From the NCBI GenBank assembly GCA_964360965.1, contig CAYHYM010000003.1, positions 34,102-66,101 on the forward strand: 32,000 nucleotides of DNA, read 5' to 3'. The notes beneath the pieces were generated by a model, which was not told where the DNA came from, did not search any database, and saw nothing but the letters and a program-made list of their open reading frames with translations. Origin of the DNA: an uncultured Gammaproteobacteria bacterium (GTDB taxonomy: Bacteria; Patescibacteriota; Microgenomatia; Daviesbacterales; UBA10151). Positions 7,834 to 15,794 of this stretch are shown piece after piece; the first letter of the stretch is position 1, and every line of letters starts with the position of its first letter. Both the position numbers and the translations under genes were made by a program.

Positions 7834-9038
7834 GAAGTAGGCTTTAGAGTTTGTTTTGGTAAAATACGCCATCCTTTGGTGAAATCTTCAGGTTGCTGAC
7901 TAACAACATTAATATTGAGCTGCAATTTACCTCTACCTGTGAGCACAGGCAAGCTTGTATATTCTATTAGTTTAGAAAAAACTTCTCCCTTTACAATGTT
8001 AGCTTTATCGGGATCTAAAAATTCATTACTGTAAAGAGTCACATTTAGTACATTAGATAAATTATCTGGATCTTCAATTATTTGTGTCTCTAATTGAAAT
8101 GGGATATCTAATTTCTCCCTTAAAAAATCATAGAATCCAGAAATGGATAACTTCAACCCCGCAAAAATTAGCATACCATCTTCAGGATTTCTACCAATAG
8201 CGCTCAAATAAAGGTTTCCTTCATTATCTATATTCAGCACACCTTGGTCTCCGGTAACATATCTCACAAGAATGCTCCCCTCATCTCTAAAAGTTGTAGA
8301 GATTATATTACCCCTTTGATCAAATACTAATTGTCCTGTGCTATCCAATACTTCAATCAGTCGAGTATTAGCAACTCTATATTTAAAATCTTTCTCTGTA
8401 TCTCCCTCTTTATATCTGTATGTCCCTATGATACCGGTATCATTTTGCCCATAAGTGACAACAAAATCCGGCTCAACACCAACAACCTCTCTTAGCTGCG
8501 TAAACCATGTCTGAAGCTCTTGAAAATTAACAGGTTCTGAACCAATCTCTATAAATAGCTGTTTCCCTTTGAGTTGTTTAATTATTGAAGGATCTTCTTC
8601 TAATAAATTCTTAATTTGATACATAAGCACTCTAAAGGGTGTTACTTCCGTTATAAGATAAATTGTATCTGCCTTCTTCGCATCTTCTAAAAATCCATTA
8701 GCATCATTATAAGATTCTAACCCTATGTCAGGTCGTATTGCTTGTAAGGATTCCTCGATAATTTTGTAATCTATTGACCAACTTCTGTGTAATAAAACAG
8801 GAGTTTTACTCTCCTGAATAGTTTTCACAAAGGTCTCAGGAAATCGCACAATAAACTCACTTTTGGGAAAATAAAATTCTTTTGGCCTACCGGTTGTCCC
8901 AGTAGAAGAAACACGATACATCTCTTCAGCATTACCTCTCGTAAAACGCTTTGGATCTTGTCCTAACTCCTTAGATCTGACCAATGGAACTTTTAGAGAA
9001 AATTCTTTATAAGATATTCCTTGTGGATCTAATCCCAA
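7830..9038 (-). CDS. Adenylate-forming (ANL) enzyme, PaaK / F390-synthetase-like; N-terminus unresolved
   Basis: Contains SSTGTTGRPK (AMP-binding P-loop), TYGQNDTG, YVTGDQG and GRNPEDGMLIFAG. The listed start is a TTG with no SD. The same frame stays open and looks coding up to 9179. The only upstream ATG (9216) is in another frame. Confidence 0.6.
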   Translation of the reverse strand: MGLDPQGISYKEFSLKVPLVRSKELGQDPKRFTRGNAEEMYRVSSTGTTGRPKEFYFPKSEFIVRFPETFVKTIQESKTPVLLHRSWSIDYKIIEESLQAIRPDIGLESYNDANGFLEDAKKADTIYLITEVTPFRVLMYQIKNLLEEDPSIIKQLKGKQLFIEIGSEPVNFQELQTWFTQLREVVGVEPDFVVTYGQNDTGIIGTYRYKEGDTEKDFKYRVANTRLIEVLDSTGQLVFDQRGNIISTTFRDEGSILVRYVTGDQGVLNIDNEGNLYLSAIGRNPEDGMLIFAGLKLSISGFYDFLREKLDIPFQLETQIIEDPDNLSNVLNVTLYSNEFLDPDKANIVKGEVFSKLIEYTSLPVLTGRGKLQLNINVVSQQPEDFTKGWRILPKQTLKPTS

Positions 9039-9225
9039 TGGTTCTATTACTTCTTGACCATAAGGTGTTTCATAAACAGCTTCAAACGTTTTTACTAATT
9101 GAGGTCTTTTACCCTCAAAATAGCGCTCATATAGGTCTGCTTCACCTCTCTCAGGTGTCCATCCCTCTCTCCACAGTAGTTAATGGCGATCCAACTTCTG
9201 TACCCTCTTCTGGCATAACAAAGTT

Positions 9226-9255
9226 AGTATATCAGGATAAGAAATTATTTATCAA
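9226..9255 (-). promoter_or_regulatory. Candidate promoter (TTGATA-18-TATACT) 9 nt upstream of ATG 9216
   Basis: On the minus strand, -35 is at 9255-9250 and -10 at 9231-9226. There is a direct repeat of CCTGATAT. Confidence 0.4.
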
Positions 9256-9300
9256 ATTGATATCAGGTTAAGTTATTAGTTATGGTAAAATTTTAGAAAG

Positions 9301-10185
9301 TTAATGGCCTAATTTTTCTTCCCACCAAACAAGTAAGGCTGTGGCATTAAAGATTGAGGAATAAGTCCCAGAAACAATTCCCACCAGAAGTGCCACCACA
9401 AACCATTTGATGGTTTCCCCACCAAATAAAAGTAAGGCTACCAGTACAAATACCACTGTCAAAGAGGTATTTAAAGACCTTCCTAAAGTCTGGATTACAG
9501 ATATATTGGCCACCTCTATAAATTTTTTGCCAATATTTTTTAAAAGGTTTTCTCTAATTCTATCAAACACCACAATGGTATCGTGTACTGAAAAGCCAAT
9601 TACTGTTAAAAGAGCTGTCACAAATAATATATCAACTTCCACTCCCAGAAATTTTCCTAAAATGGCAAACACTCCCACTACCAATAAGACATCATGCGCT
9701 AAAGCCACAATGGCTGCAATACCAAATCTTAAAGAAGATGCAGGTTTGGGAACTTTTCTAAAAGAAAAGGCAATATATAAAACTATGGCAATACTTGCCA
9801 AAATTATAGCCATTAATGCTTTTTGTCCAAGTTCTCTCCCTATTACCGGGCCAACATTTTCCACTCTTCTTTCTTCCAAGGATCCAAATTTTTTCTCCAG
9901 CACAACTCTCAAGGAGTTTATTTTTCCCTGTTCTGCCGGTTTAGTCCTGATAATTAAGCTTCCGTTTCCTCCTTCCTGTATTTGTCTTACCTCTAAACCT
10001 TCTTGCAAAATAGTTTTTGTTAAAATCTCATTTTTAATTTGTTTTTCAAATTTGTACTCAAGCAAAGCTCCTCCTGTAAAGTCAATTCCTAAGTTCAACC
10101 CTGAAGTTAGTAAAAAATAAATCCCAGGTAAAATTAGAATTAAAGAAAATATAAAATAAAATATTTTGTAACGCATTAAATCCAT
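9301..10185 (-). CDS. secF: Protein translocase subunit SecF
   Basis: Has the GIDFTGG motif and a six-TM layout typical of SecF. Confidence 0.9.
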   Translation of the reverse strand: MDLMRYKIFYFIFSLILILPGIYFLLTSGLNLGIDFTGGALLEYKFEKQIKNEILTKTILQEGLEVRQIQEGGNGSLIIRTKPAEQGKINSLRVVLEKKFGSLEERRVENVGPVIGRELGQKALMAIILASIAIVLYIAFSFRKVPKPASSLRFGIAAIVALAHDVLLVVGVFAILGKFLGVEVDILFVTALLTVIGFSVHDTIVVFDRIRENLLKNIGKKFIEVANISVIQTLGRSLNTSLTVVFVLVALLLFGGETIKWFVVALLVGIVSGTYSSIFNATALLVWWEEKLGH

Positions 10186-10187
10186 AC

Positions 10188-10517
10188 CTATTTGACCTTT
10201 TTTACCTCCTTTAAATCCTTATACATTTGAGTCACCAGTTCATCTGCCACTTTTTTAATTCTTTCTTCCACATTCTCTATTTTCTCTTTTAAAAACTTAA
10301 GTAATTTTTCATCTTCAGGATTTTCATGCAATAATTTTAAAAATAATTTTTTATCTTGCGTCTTTAAATTAGATAAAATTTCATCCAAAATGGCATGATA
10401 TATTGATGAATCCAAAAGATTTGTCAAATGGTGTTTTTCTTCATCTGATAAATCCAGAAGGTGGAGTTCTGCCAAGATTGGATCAATGACAATAATTTTT
10501 TGATAAAAATAAATCAT
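10188..10517 (-). CDS. Hypothetical helical, acidic/lysine-rich protein (109 aa)
   Basis: ORF track entry. Its ATG overlaps the upstream stop (ATGA), and its own stop is 2 nt before the secF ATG. No TM segment and no recognised family. Confidence 0.6.
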   Translation of the reverse strand: MIYFYQKIIVIDPILAELHLLDLSDEEKHHLTNLLDSSIYHAILDEILSNLKTQDKKLFLKLLHENPEDEKLLKFLKEKIENVEERIKKVADELVTQMYKDLKEVKKVK

Positions 10518-11401
10518 ATTATCTTGGGTCCCAAAGGAACTTGATCCTGCGGGTCATCAATAAAAAAATAAAATACCGGACCTTGTCTCGGACCGGATGC
10601 CAATCCTAAATAATGCATCACCTCGGGTGATCCGCCTAAGTGTTTGCCGGTCCACTCGGCAGGTCCGGCATCCCCCACCACCGCCACCACAGCCTGTCCT
10701 GTTTTGGCATTTACCACCAGCATTTTTCTAAATTTAAAAAAATCTCTATATTTGTCAACATTCTCGGCAAAACCCGGAGCAAGGAAGGTTTGAACTGCCA
10801 AATAATATTTTTCCCTCATTTTGTCTTTTTCGGAAAATTCTGATTCTGTCGGGGTAAAATATCCCCAGGCTCCCAGAGCGGGCGCAATGCCGGATGATCC
10901 ATACATGGCCCATTCAGTAAAATTTTGCGCATGTTTGTATAAATTATCACCGGGAAAACGATAAAGATGCTGCTCTCCTCCAATAATACCATAACTTCTG
11001 TTAAGCCTTATTCCCTCCAAAAAGGCACTCACTCTCAAGTTAAAATTTTTTGAAAGAATATCCTCCACTTCTTTTTCCTCATCATTTGTTAAAGATTTAG
11101 CATCTTTGGGGATTCCAAAAAGTTGCCGGGCAACTTTTTGGTTTTCATCAATTTGTGCTGTAATGTGCTGGTTGGGTAAAAGTAAAGGAGGCTGGGATAA
11201 ATAACCTACCGGTTGAGCAAGAAGCATCAAAGACCCCAGTGATGAAACTGCCAGCTGTCTTACGGGGATGCTTTTAGTTAACCAGTCAAGAGAACTTTTG
11301 TGTTTTTCCCAAACTTTATTTTGGATAGCCCGATGACGACCGGTCCATCTTTTCTTTAAATATTCATAATGTGGCCTTTTAGATATAAATTTCCTTGTCA
11401 T
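10514..11401 (-). CDS. Hypothetical membrane-anchored protein (295 aa); C-terminus weakly resembles an RlpA-like double-psi beta-barrel
   Basis: Has a basic N-terminus and one TM helix (LAVSSLGSLMLLAQPVGYL). The C-terminal segment MLVVNAKTGQAVVAVVGDAGPAEWTGKHLGGSPEVMHYLGL resembles the V.V.N..G.SV.V.V.DRGP...DLS pattern of RlpA. That resemblance is by eye only. Its ATG overlaps the secD stop (ATGA). Confidence 0.6.
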   Translation of the reverse strand: MTRKFISKRPHYEYLKKRWTGRHRAIQNKVWEKHKSSLDWLTKSIPVRQLAVSSLGSLMLLAQPVGYLSQPPLLLPNQHITAQIDENQKVARQLFGIPKDAKSLTNDEEKEVEDILSKNFNLRVSAFLEGIRLNRSYGIIGGEQHLYRFPGDNLYKHAQNFTEWAMYGSSGIAPALGAWGYFTPTESEFSEKDKMREKYYLAVQTFLAPGFAENVDKYRDFFKFRKMLVVNAKTGQAVVAVVGDAGPAEWTGKHLGGSPEVMHYLGLASGPRQGPVFYFFIDDPQDQVPLGPKII

Positions 11402-12660
11402 CAGGTCCTTATAATCAATCTTAAAAATGTTCTAGTTACCACATAGGCCGTAAAAATGGACACCAAAACTCCAATTGAAAGAGTGATGGCGAAACCGCGA
11501 ACCAGTGATGTACCAAAATAATAAAGGATGGCAGCAGTAATTAAAGAAGAAACATTGGAAGCCCAAATTGAGACCCAGGCTCTTTTAAAACCCAACTCCA
11601 TTGCCATAGTTTTACTTTTCCCCCACCGTATCTCTTCTTTTATTCTCTCAAATATTAAAATATTGGCATCAACAGCCATTCCTACGGACAGAATAAATCC
11701 CGCAATACCGGCCAGTGTTAAAGTTACCGGAGGCAGAATAAAAAAACCGCTTTTAAAAATTGCCAAAACTAAAAGTGCATAAATTAAGAGGGCAAAATCT
11801 GCTACCATTCCCAAAACACCATAATATAGCCCCATATAAATCACCACCACAGAAAGACCGATCGCACCAGCTATAAAACTATTCTTGACAGATTCTGCTC
11901 CTAAAGTTGGACCAATAAATCTTTGCTCAATTATTTTAATTGGCACAGGCAGCGCTCCGGCATTGAGCTGGATACTCAAATCACGAGCTTCTTGGGTGGT
12001 AAATTGTCCGGTAATAACAGCAGACCCTCCCACTATTTCCTGCTGTACCACCGGAGCGGATACCAGTTGATCATCCAGAAAAATAGCCAATGGTTTGCCC
12101 AAATTTTTCTTGGTAATTTGGGCAAACTTCTCAGAGCCCTCTTGAGTAAATTCAATTGCTACCTGTGGCCCTGCTGCCGACCCCTGACCTGACCCAAAAG
12201 TAACCTGAGCCTTTTTTAAATCTGCTCCTGTTAATCCTGTTGGTGTAAACAGCAATGGGATAGCTGAATCAGTTGATTGCCCGGAGGCAGTGGCTGGTAA
12301 TTCCCGAAAATCCAGTTGTGCAGTTCTACCAACCAACTTTGCTGCTGAAGACGCATCTTTTAATCCCGGAAGTTCAACTAAAATTCTCCTATCCCCCGAA
12401 ACTTTGGAAGTTTGAACAACAGCCTCTGTTACCCCAAATAAATTAACTCTTTTTTCAATTACCTCTCTGGCAGACTCCAAAGCGGATTCATAATCTTTGG
12501 GGTCAATTTTCCCCATATCAGTTAAAAGAATCATCTGTATACCACCCTTAAGATCAAGCCCCAATTTTAATGGAAAATTAAAAGATAACTTGGGAATGTT
12601 AATAAATATAGCAAAAACAGTAGCAGTAATAATGATCAATAAACTTAACCTGAGATTCAT
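11401..12660 (-). CDS. secD: Protein translocase subunit SecD
   Basis: Has the LGLDLKGG motif, a periplasmic domain and a C-terminal six-TM bundle. Confidence 0.9.
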   Translation of the reverse strand: MNLRLSLLIIITATVFAIFINIPKLSFNFPLKLGLDLKGGIQMILLTDMGKIDPKDYESALESAREVIEKRVNLFGVTEAVVQTSKVSGDRRILVELPGLKDASSAAKLVGRTAQLDFRELPATASGQSTDSAIPLLFTPTGLTGADLKKAQVTFGSGQGSAAGPQVAIEFTQEGSEKFAQITKKNLGKPLAIFLDDQLVSAPVVQQEIVGGSAVITGQFTTQEARDLSIQLNAGALPVPIKIIEQRFIGPTLGAESVKNSFIAGAIGLSVVVIYMGLYYGVLGMVADFALLIYALLVLAIFKSGFFILPPVTLTLAGIAGFILSVGMAVDANILIFERIKEEIRWGKSKTMAMELGFKRAWVSIWASNVSSLITAAILYYFGTSLVRGFAITLSIGVLVSIFTAYVVTRTFLRLIIRT

Positions 12661-12663
12661 TTA

Positions 12664-13251
12664 CTAAACAATCACACCTTCTAAAAGTTCCTCCTCGCTT
12701 CCAAAAAGCATTATTTTGGGCTGGACCACAACCCGCAGAATAAACGGATCTCTTCTACGCACCCTAAAACGAAACTCTTCCTCATTCATCACCGAATAGT
12801 TAACCTCAGCTTCTTTTTTGGCCTGCTCATCAGAAATGATGGATTGAAGTTCTGCCAGCACGACCTGACCAACTACCAAAAGATCAATATCTTCAGAACC
12901 TGCAGGTTTTCCCTGTAAAAAACGGGTTGAAATAAAGACAAATTTTATTTTGCCCAGTTTATTTTTGTTTTTTATAATGTTTCCGCCCAAACCAGTTGTT
13001 TTGGCTGCCAGGCTTAAAAGCTCATTATAAAAAATATAATCCTTGCGAAAACGATATAACCTTCTGTTGGCCCGCCACTCAGATGTAACCATGCCATATT
13101 TCTCCATTCTGGCAAGTTCACGCCTGACTGCGTTAATCTCCTCTTGAGTGCGCCTGACTATCTCTCTGACATGAAAAAGCTGATCTTGGTGAGATAAAAA
13201 CAACTGCAATATTTTCACCCTAACACGGGAGACAAAAAGTTCTTCTAGCAT
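12664..13251 (-). CDS. Winged-helix transcriptional regulator with C-terminal nucleotidyltransferase-like segment
   Basis: The N-terminal wHTH is RVKILQLFLSHQDQLFHVREIVRRTQEEINAVRRELARMEKYGMV. The C-terminus has a DIDLLVVG motif. A strong SD GGGAGGTGGTGA lies upstream. Confidence 0.6.
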   Translation of the reverse strand: MLEELFVSRVRVKILQLFLSHQDQLFHVREIVRRTQEEINAVRRELARMEKYGMVTSEWRANRRLYRFRKDYIFYNELLSLAAKTTGLGGNIIKNKNKLGKIKFVFISTRFLQGKPAGSEDIDLLVVGQVVLAELQSIISDEQAKKEAEVNYSVMNEEEFRFRVRRRDPFILRVVVQPKIMLFGSEEELLEGVIV

Positions 13252-13278
13252 TTATTTTCACCACCTCCCTGAGCAGTT

Positions 13279-14493
13279 TTAATAACTTATCTTTGCGCCT
13301 TCCGGCACAGTCTGAATCCAAATCTGACCAGGATTAAATTCTATTTCCTTACCATTGCTACTGACAAATTTAGTTCTATCTACTCTTTTATTTTTAACCC
13401 ATTTACCTTCTATCGCAACACCGTCTTGAAAAATTAAAGCTTTACCAGTTCCTGTTGTACCATAAAGTAAATGGATATTGCCCGGATATCCGTCATTGGC
13501 ATTTGCCTCCCTCTGAAATTGAACAACTATATTTTTGGCTGCAAGCTGACGCTTATTGTTTAAATCAGTTTGTTCTATACCGCCATTTTTTCTTTTATAA
13601 GAATTTGAGACAGCATCATAAATCCACTCCACACCATATTCACCCTGTCCTTCCCAGAAACTGACTGTAATTTTACTTATTTGCCCTTTAGTCTCTTGTG
13701 GTGAGCGTACTTGTACTGAGCTTGTCGAAGTAGTCGAACCATTAAACTTCCAAGGTACATAATTTTTGTCCCAGGAATCTCCATCCTCATCTTTTTCTAC
13801 CCACCCTCTTTTGGCTGCTGTCTCCCACAGCTTTTGGGTGGTGGAATACATGGTATGTTCTGTTGCCACCGGATGACCCAGTCTTTGATAATCCCTCCAA
13901 AAAATAGGAAAACCAATGCTAAATTGATTTAAATCTTTGATTTTATATGCAATAATTTGAGAAAGCGCATCTGCCGGACCTGGGGTATTTGCTCCGCCAA
14001 CATGGGCATATAAAGCATCATATTCTGAAAGCCAGTCCAGATAATAAGTCCGAGCAGATCTGACCGGTCCCACCTGAATATCAGACAAACGACAGTAAAA
14101 AATAGCCATAAATCTGGTAATTCCACCTTCTGCCACCGCCTCATAAATAATATCTGCAGAGGATAATCCTGATTGAGGTCTGGCCTCTGAGTGATTTTCA
14201 ATCATTATTGCCAAGGGCCTTCTTTTCTCCCAAGCCTCTTTAGCCGCCTTGGTATGTAGACTGCCATTTAAAGGACATTTTTCTGTTTTTGGCTCTTTTT
14301 CATCTTCTTCAACAACGCTTGAGGGTCCCGGCAAAGAACTGATTAGCTCTCCGTTTAATGAGGGTGAGGTAGAGGAGAATACCGAATAAGAAAGTGTGGC
14401 GGAGGCACCGTAAATAAAAATTGATAAAATTATACCTACCAAAATCTGCTGCAGTTTAGTTAATTTTTGAAATGTTTCCAAAATACTGTTCAT
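13279..14493 (-). CDS. DUF3048 (YerB-like) secreted/lipoprotein-type protein
   Basis: RPLAIMIENHSEARPQSGLSSADIIYEAVAEGGITRFMAIFY matches the hallmark DUF3048 N-domain as I recall it. There is an N-terminal TM/signal segment. Confidence 0.75.
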   Translation of the reverse strand: MNSILETFQKLTKLQQILVGIILSIFIYGASATLSYSVFSSTSPSLNGELISSLPGPSSVVEEDEKEPKTEKCPLNGSLHTKAAKEAWEKRRPLAIMIENHSEARPQSGLSSADIIYEAVAEGGITRFMAIFYCRLSDIQVGPVRSARTYYLDWLSEYDALYAHVGGANTPGPADALSQIIAYKIKDLNQFSIGFPIFWRDYQRLGHPVATEHTMYSTTQKLWETAAKRGWVEKDEDGDSWDKNYVPWKFNGSTTSTSSVQVRSPQETKGQISKITVSFWEGQGEYGVEWIYDAVSNSYKRKNGGIEQTDLNNKRQLAAKNIVVQFQREANANDGYPGNIHLLYGTTGTGKALIFQDGVAIEGKWVKNKRVDRTKFVSSNGKEIEFNPGQIWIQTVPEGAKISY

Positions 14494-14502
14494 GTTAAAT
14501 TT

Positions 14503-14976
14503 CTAATTTTTTAAAGCTTCTTTAACCACCTGATCTTCCTCCTCTGAAAACTGGTATTTATAAGCTTTACCAAGCTTTACAGATTTGGCAAAAACTCTGG
14601 TTTCTGATCTGGAATGAAGGCTGGTTATAACTATCCCTGATCCTTCATTATCTAAAAAGACAACTGAAAAACTCATATTCCCTCCAGTATCATCATAAGG
14701 GTTGTAGCGCAAAAGTGCCACCTTTTGAATATGTTCCAATCCATCTTTTTCCAATCTTTCCAAAGTTCCCTTGATCTCATCAATACCCTTACCAAAACCC
14801 TCTACTTCTTTTAAAACTTCTTCAAACTTTTTTCTAACATCCCGTTCACCACTCTTTGGAAAAAGAGATTTTAAAAAATTCCTTTGCTGCCATGCCAAAA
14901 TTGTCAAAACCGTAAGCCATATAAAAACTGCCACTGGCAGCAGCCATCCGGCAAAGTCGAACCAATCCGAATACAT
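14503..14976 (-). CDS. DUF4446 family protein
   Basis: Has an N-terminal TM and a coiled region. LLRYNPYDDTGGNMSFSVVFLDNEGSGIVITSLHSRSETRVFAK is typical of DUF4446. Confidence 0.7.
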   Translation of the reverse strand: MYSDWFDFAGWLLPVAVFIWLTVLTILAWQQRNFLKSLFPKSGERDVRKKFEEVLKEVEGFGKGIDEIKGTLERLEKDGLEHIQKVALLRYNPYDDTGGNMSFSVVFLDNEGSGIVITSLHSRSETRVFAKSVKLGKAYKYQFSEEEDQVVKEALKN

Positions 14977-15019
14977 AAGTTACTCTTTTAATATAACTTA
15001 TGAGTACAATTGTTGTCAA

Positions 15020-15062
15020 CTACGTTCATGTAAACGTTCATGTAAACTGAACATAGTCAATC
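15020..15062 (-). repeat. Copy of the RNase P RNA P3 hairpin sequence, with a 12-nt tandem duplication
   Basis: The reverse complement is gattgactatgttcagtttacatgaacg[tttacatgaacg]tag. rnpB 18320-18349 is gattgctacgttcagtttacatgaacgtag. The differences are 1 mismatch, 1 indel and a 12-nt duplication (gttcatgtaaac x2 at 15024-15047). Confidence 0.7.
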
Positions 15063-15075
15063 AAGTAAAATTTAA

Positions 15076-15100
15076 CACCTCGGAGGTGGACTCTAACTCC
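15076..15100. repeat. Short-form TIR element copy, right end degenerate
   Basis: Sequence is cacctcggagg-tggactctaact-cc. The left TIR is identical to the miaA copy. The core is 10/12 identical to the aspS copy. It abuts the stop codon (15103-15105) of the C39-like gene. Confidence 0.55.
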
Positions 15101-15102
15101 TA

Positions 15103-15639
15103 TCAGAAAGTGACTAAGATTGGGCAAAAAACTAAATAGGTTCTTAAACTATCAATAGCCTTCGTAATTCTTTCAATAGTGAAATAAAATCTTTTACCTT
15201 TCCAGGGATCAATAATCACAATTTTATCTCCAATCATTTTCTCAACTAACACAAAATGTGGAGCATGTACACTATGTCTTAAGTAATATATGTCTAAGTG
15301 TAAAATAAATAATTTTTGCTTATGAATTATTTTCTGAATAAAGGGAATATTAATTCTTTGAAATTCTATCTCAAGCTTTCGATTAACAGGTAGATTTTTT
15401 AAGACTTTAGTGAAATATTTGTTACCTACCCATACTTTCAAGGGAAGATTAAATTTTGTTGAGAACTCATTTAAAATACCTATATGGTAAATCTCTCTCG
15501 CAAACAGTATTCCTTTAAACAAAAGTTCTTGTTCATCCTCCAGCTTAAAACTGGTTCCTTTTATGTAAGATAACCACATCAGCAAACAGGCAGGAAGACA
15601 ACTTTCGCAGGTGGTCTGTTTATAGGGAATAATTCTCAT
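15103..15639 (-). CDS. Stand-alone peptidase C39-like (papain-fold) cysteine peptidase domain protein
   Basis: YKQTTCESCLPACLLM has the Q-x5-C spacing of C39 domains. HFVLVEKMIGDKIVIIDP matches the His...Asp-Pro part. It is 178 aa, with no transporter domain and no signal peptide. Confidence 0.6.
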   Translation of the reverse strand: MRIIPYKQTTCESCLPACLLMWLSYIKGTSFKLEDEQELLFKGILFAREIYHIGILNEFSTKFNLPLKVWVGNKYFTKVLKNLPVNRKLEIEFQRINIPFIQKIIHKQKLFILHLDIYYLRHSVHAPHFVLVEKMIGDKIVIIDPWKGKRFYFTIERITKAIDSLRTYLVFCPILVTF

Positions 15640-15645
15640 AAAGAT

Positions 15646-15673
15646 AACTTAGCATTTAAAAATTATTAAACAA
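15646..15673 (-). promoter_or_regulatory. Candidate promoter (TTGTTT-16-TGcTAAGTT) 6 nt upstream of ATG 15639
   Basis: On the minus strand, -35 is at 15673-15668 and -10 at 15651-15646, preceded by TGc. There is no SD. Confidence 0.35.
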
Positions 15674-15701
15674 GCCCCAAAATTTAGGTTCAAATTGCAA
15701 C

Positions 15702-15729
15702 TTGCATATAAATATTTAAATGCTATACT
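15702..15729 (+). promoter_or_regulatory. Sigma70-type promoter (TTGCAT-16-TGcTATACT)
   Basis: -35 at 15702-15707 and an extended -10, TGc + TATACT, at 15724-15729. It drives the 15795 ORF through a 5'UTR of about 59 nt. Confidence 0.5.
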
Positions 15730-15794
15730 CCTTCCACTTTGAATATAAAAAAATGAAATTTTTATAAATTCAAAGTTAAAAGGAGGTGAAAAAT

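Noticed and set aside
9407-10120. Long antisense ORFs in the track: 9407..10120, 17865..18389, 3672..4097, 4958..5299, 11528..12192, 22563..12192-type overlaps, 47..274 and others.
   Set aside because: Each lies opposite a gene with clear family motifs (secF, comM, aspS, recJ, secD, gltX). They have low-complexity, Ser/Pro/Lys-biased translations and no SD or promoter. These are typical shadow ORFs in AT-rich DNA.
10617-10631. Palindrome ATCACCTCGGGTGAT, resembling a TIR-element end, inside the 295-aa ORF.
   Set aside because: It is a single half-site with no TGG...GACT core or second TIR. It lies in a generally GC-rich, Gly/Pro-coding, conserved-looking segment.
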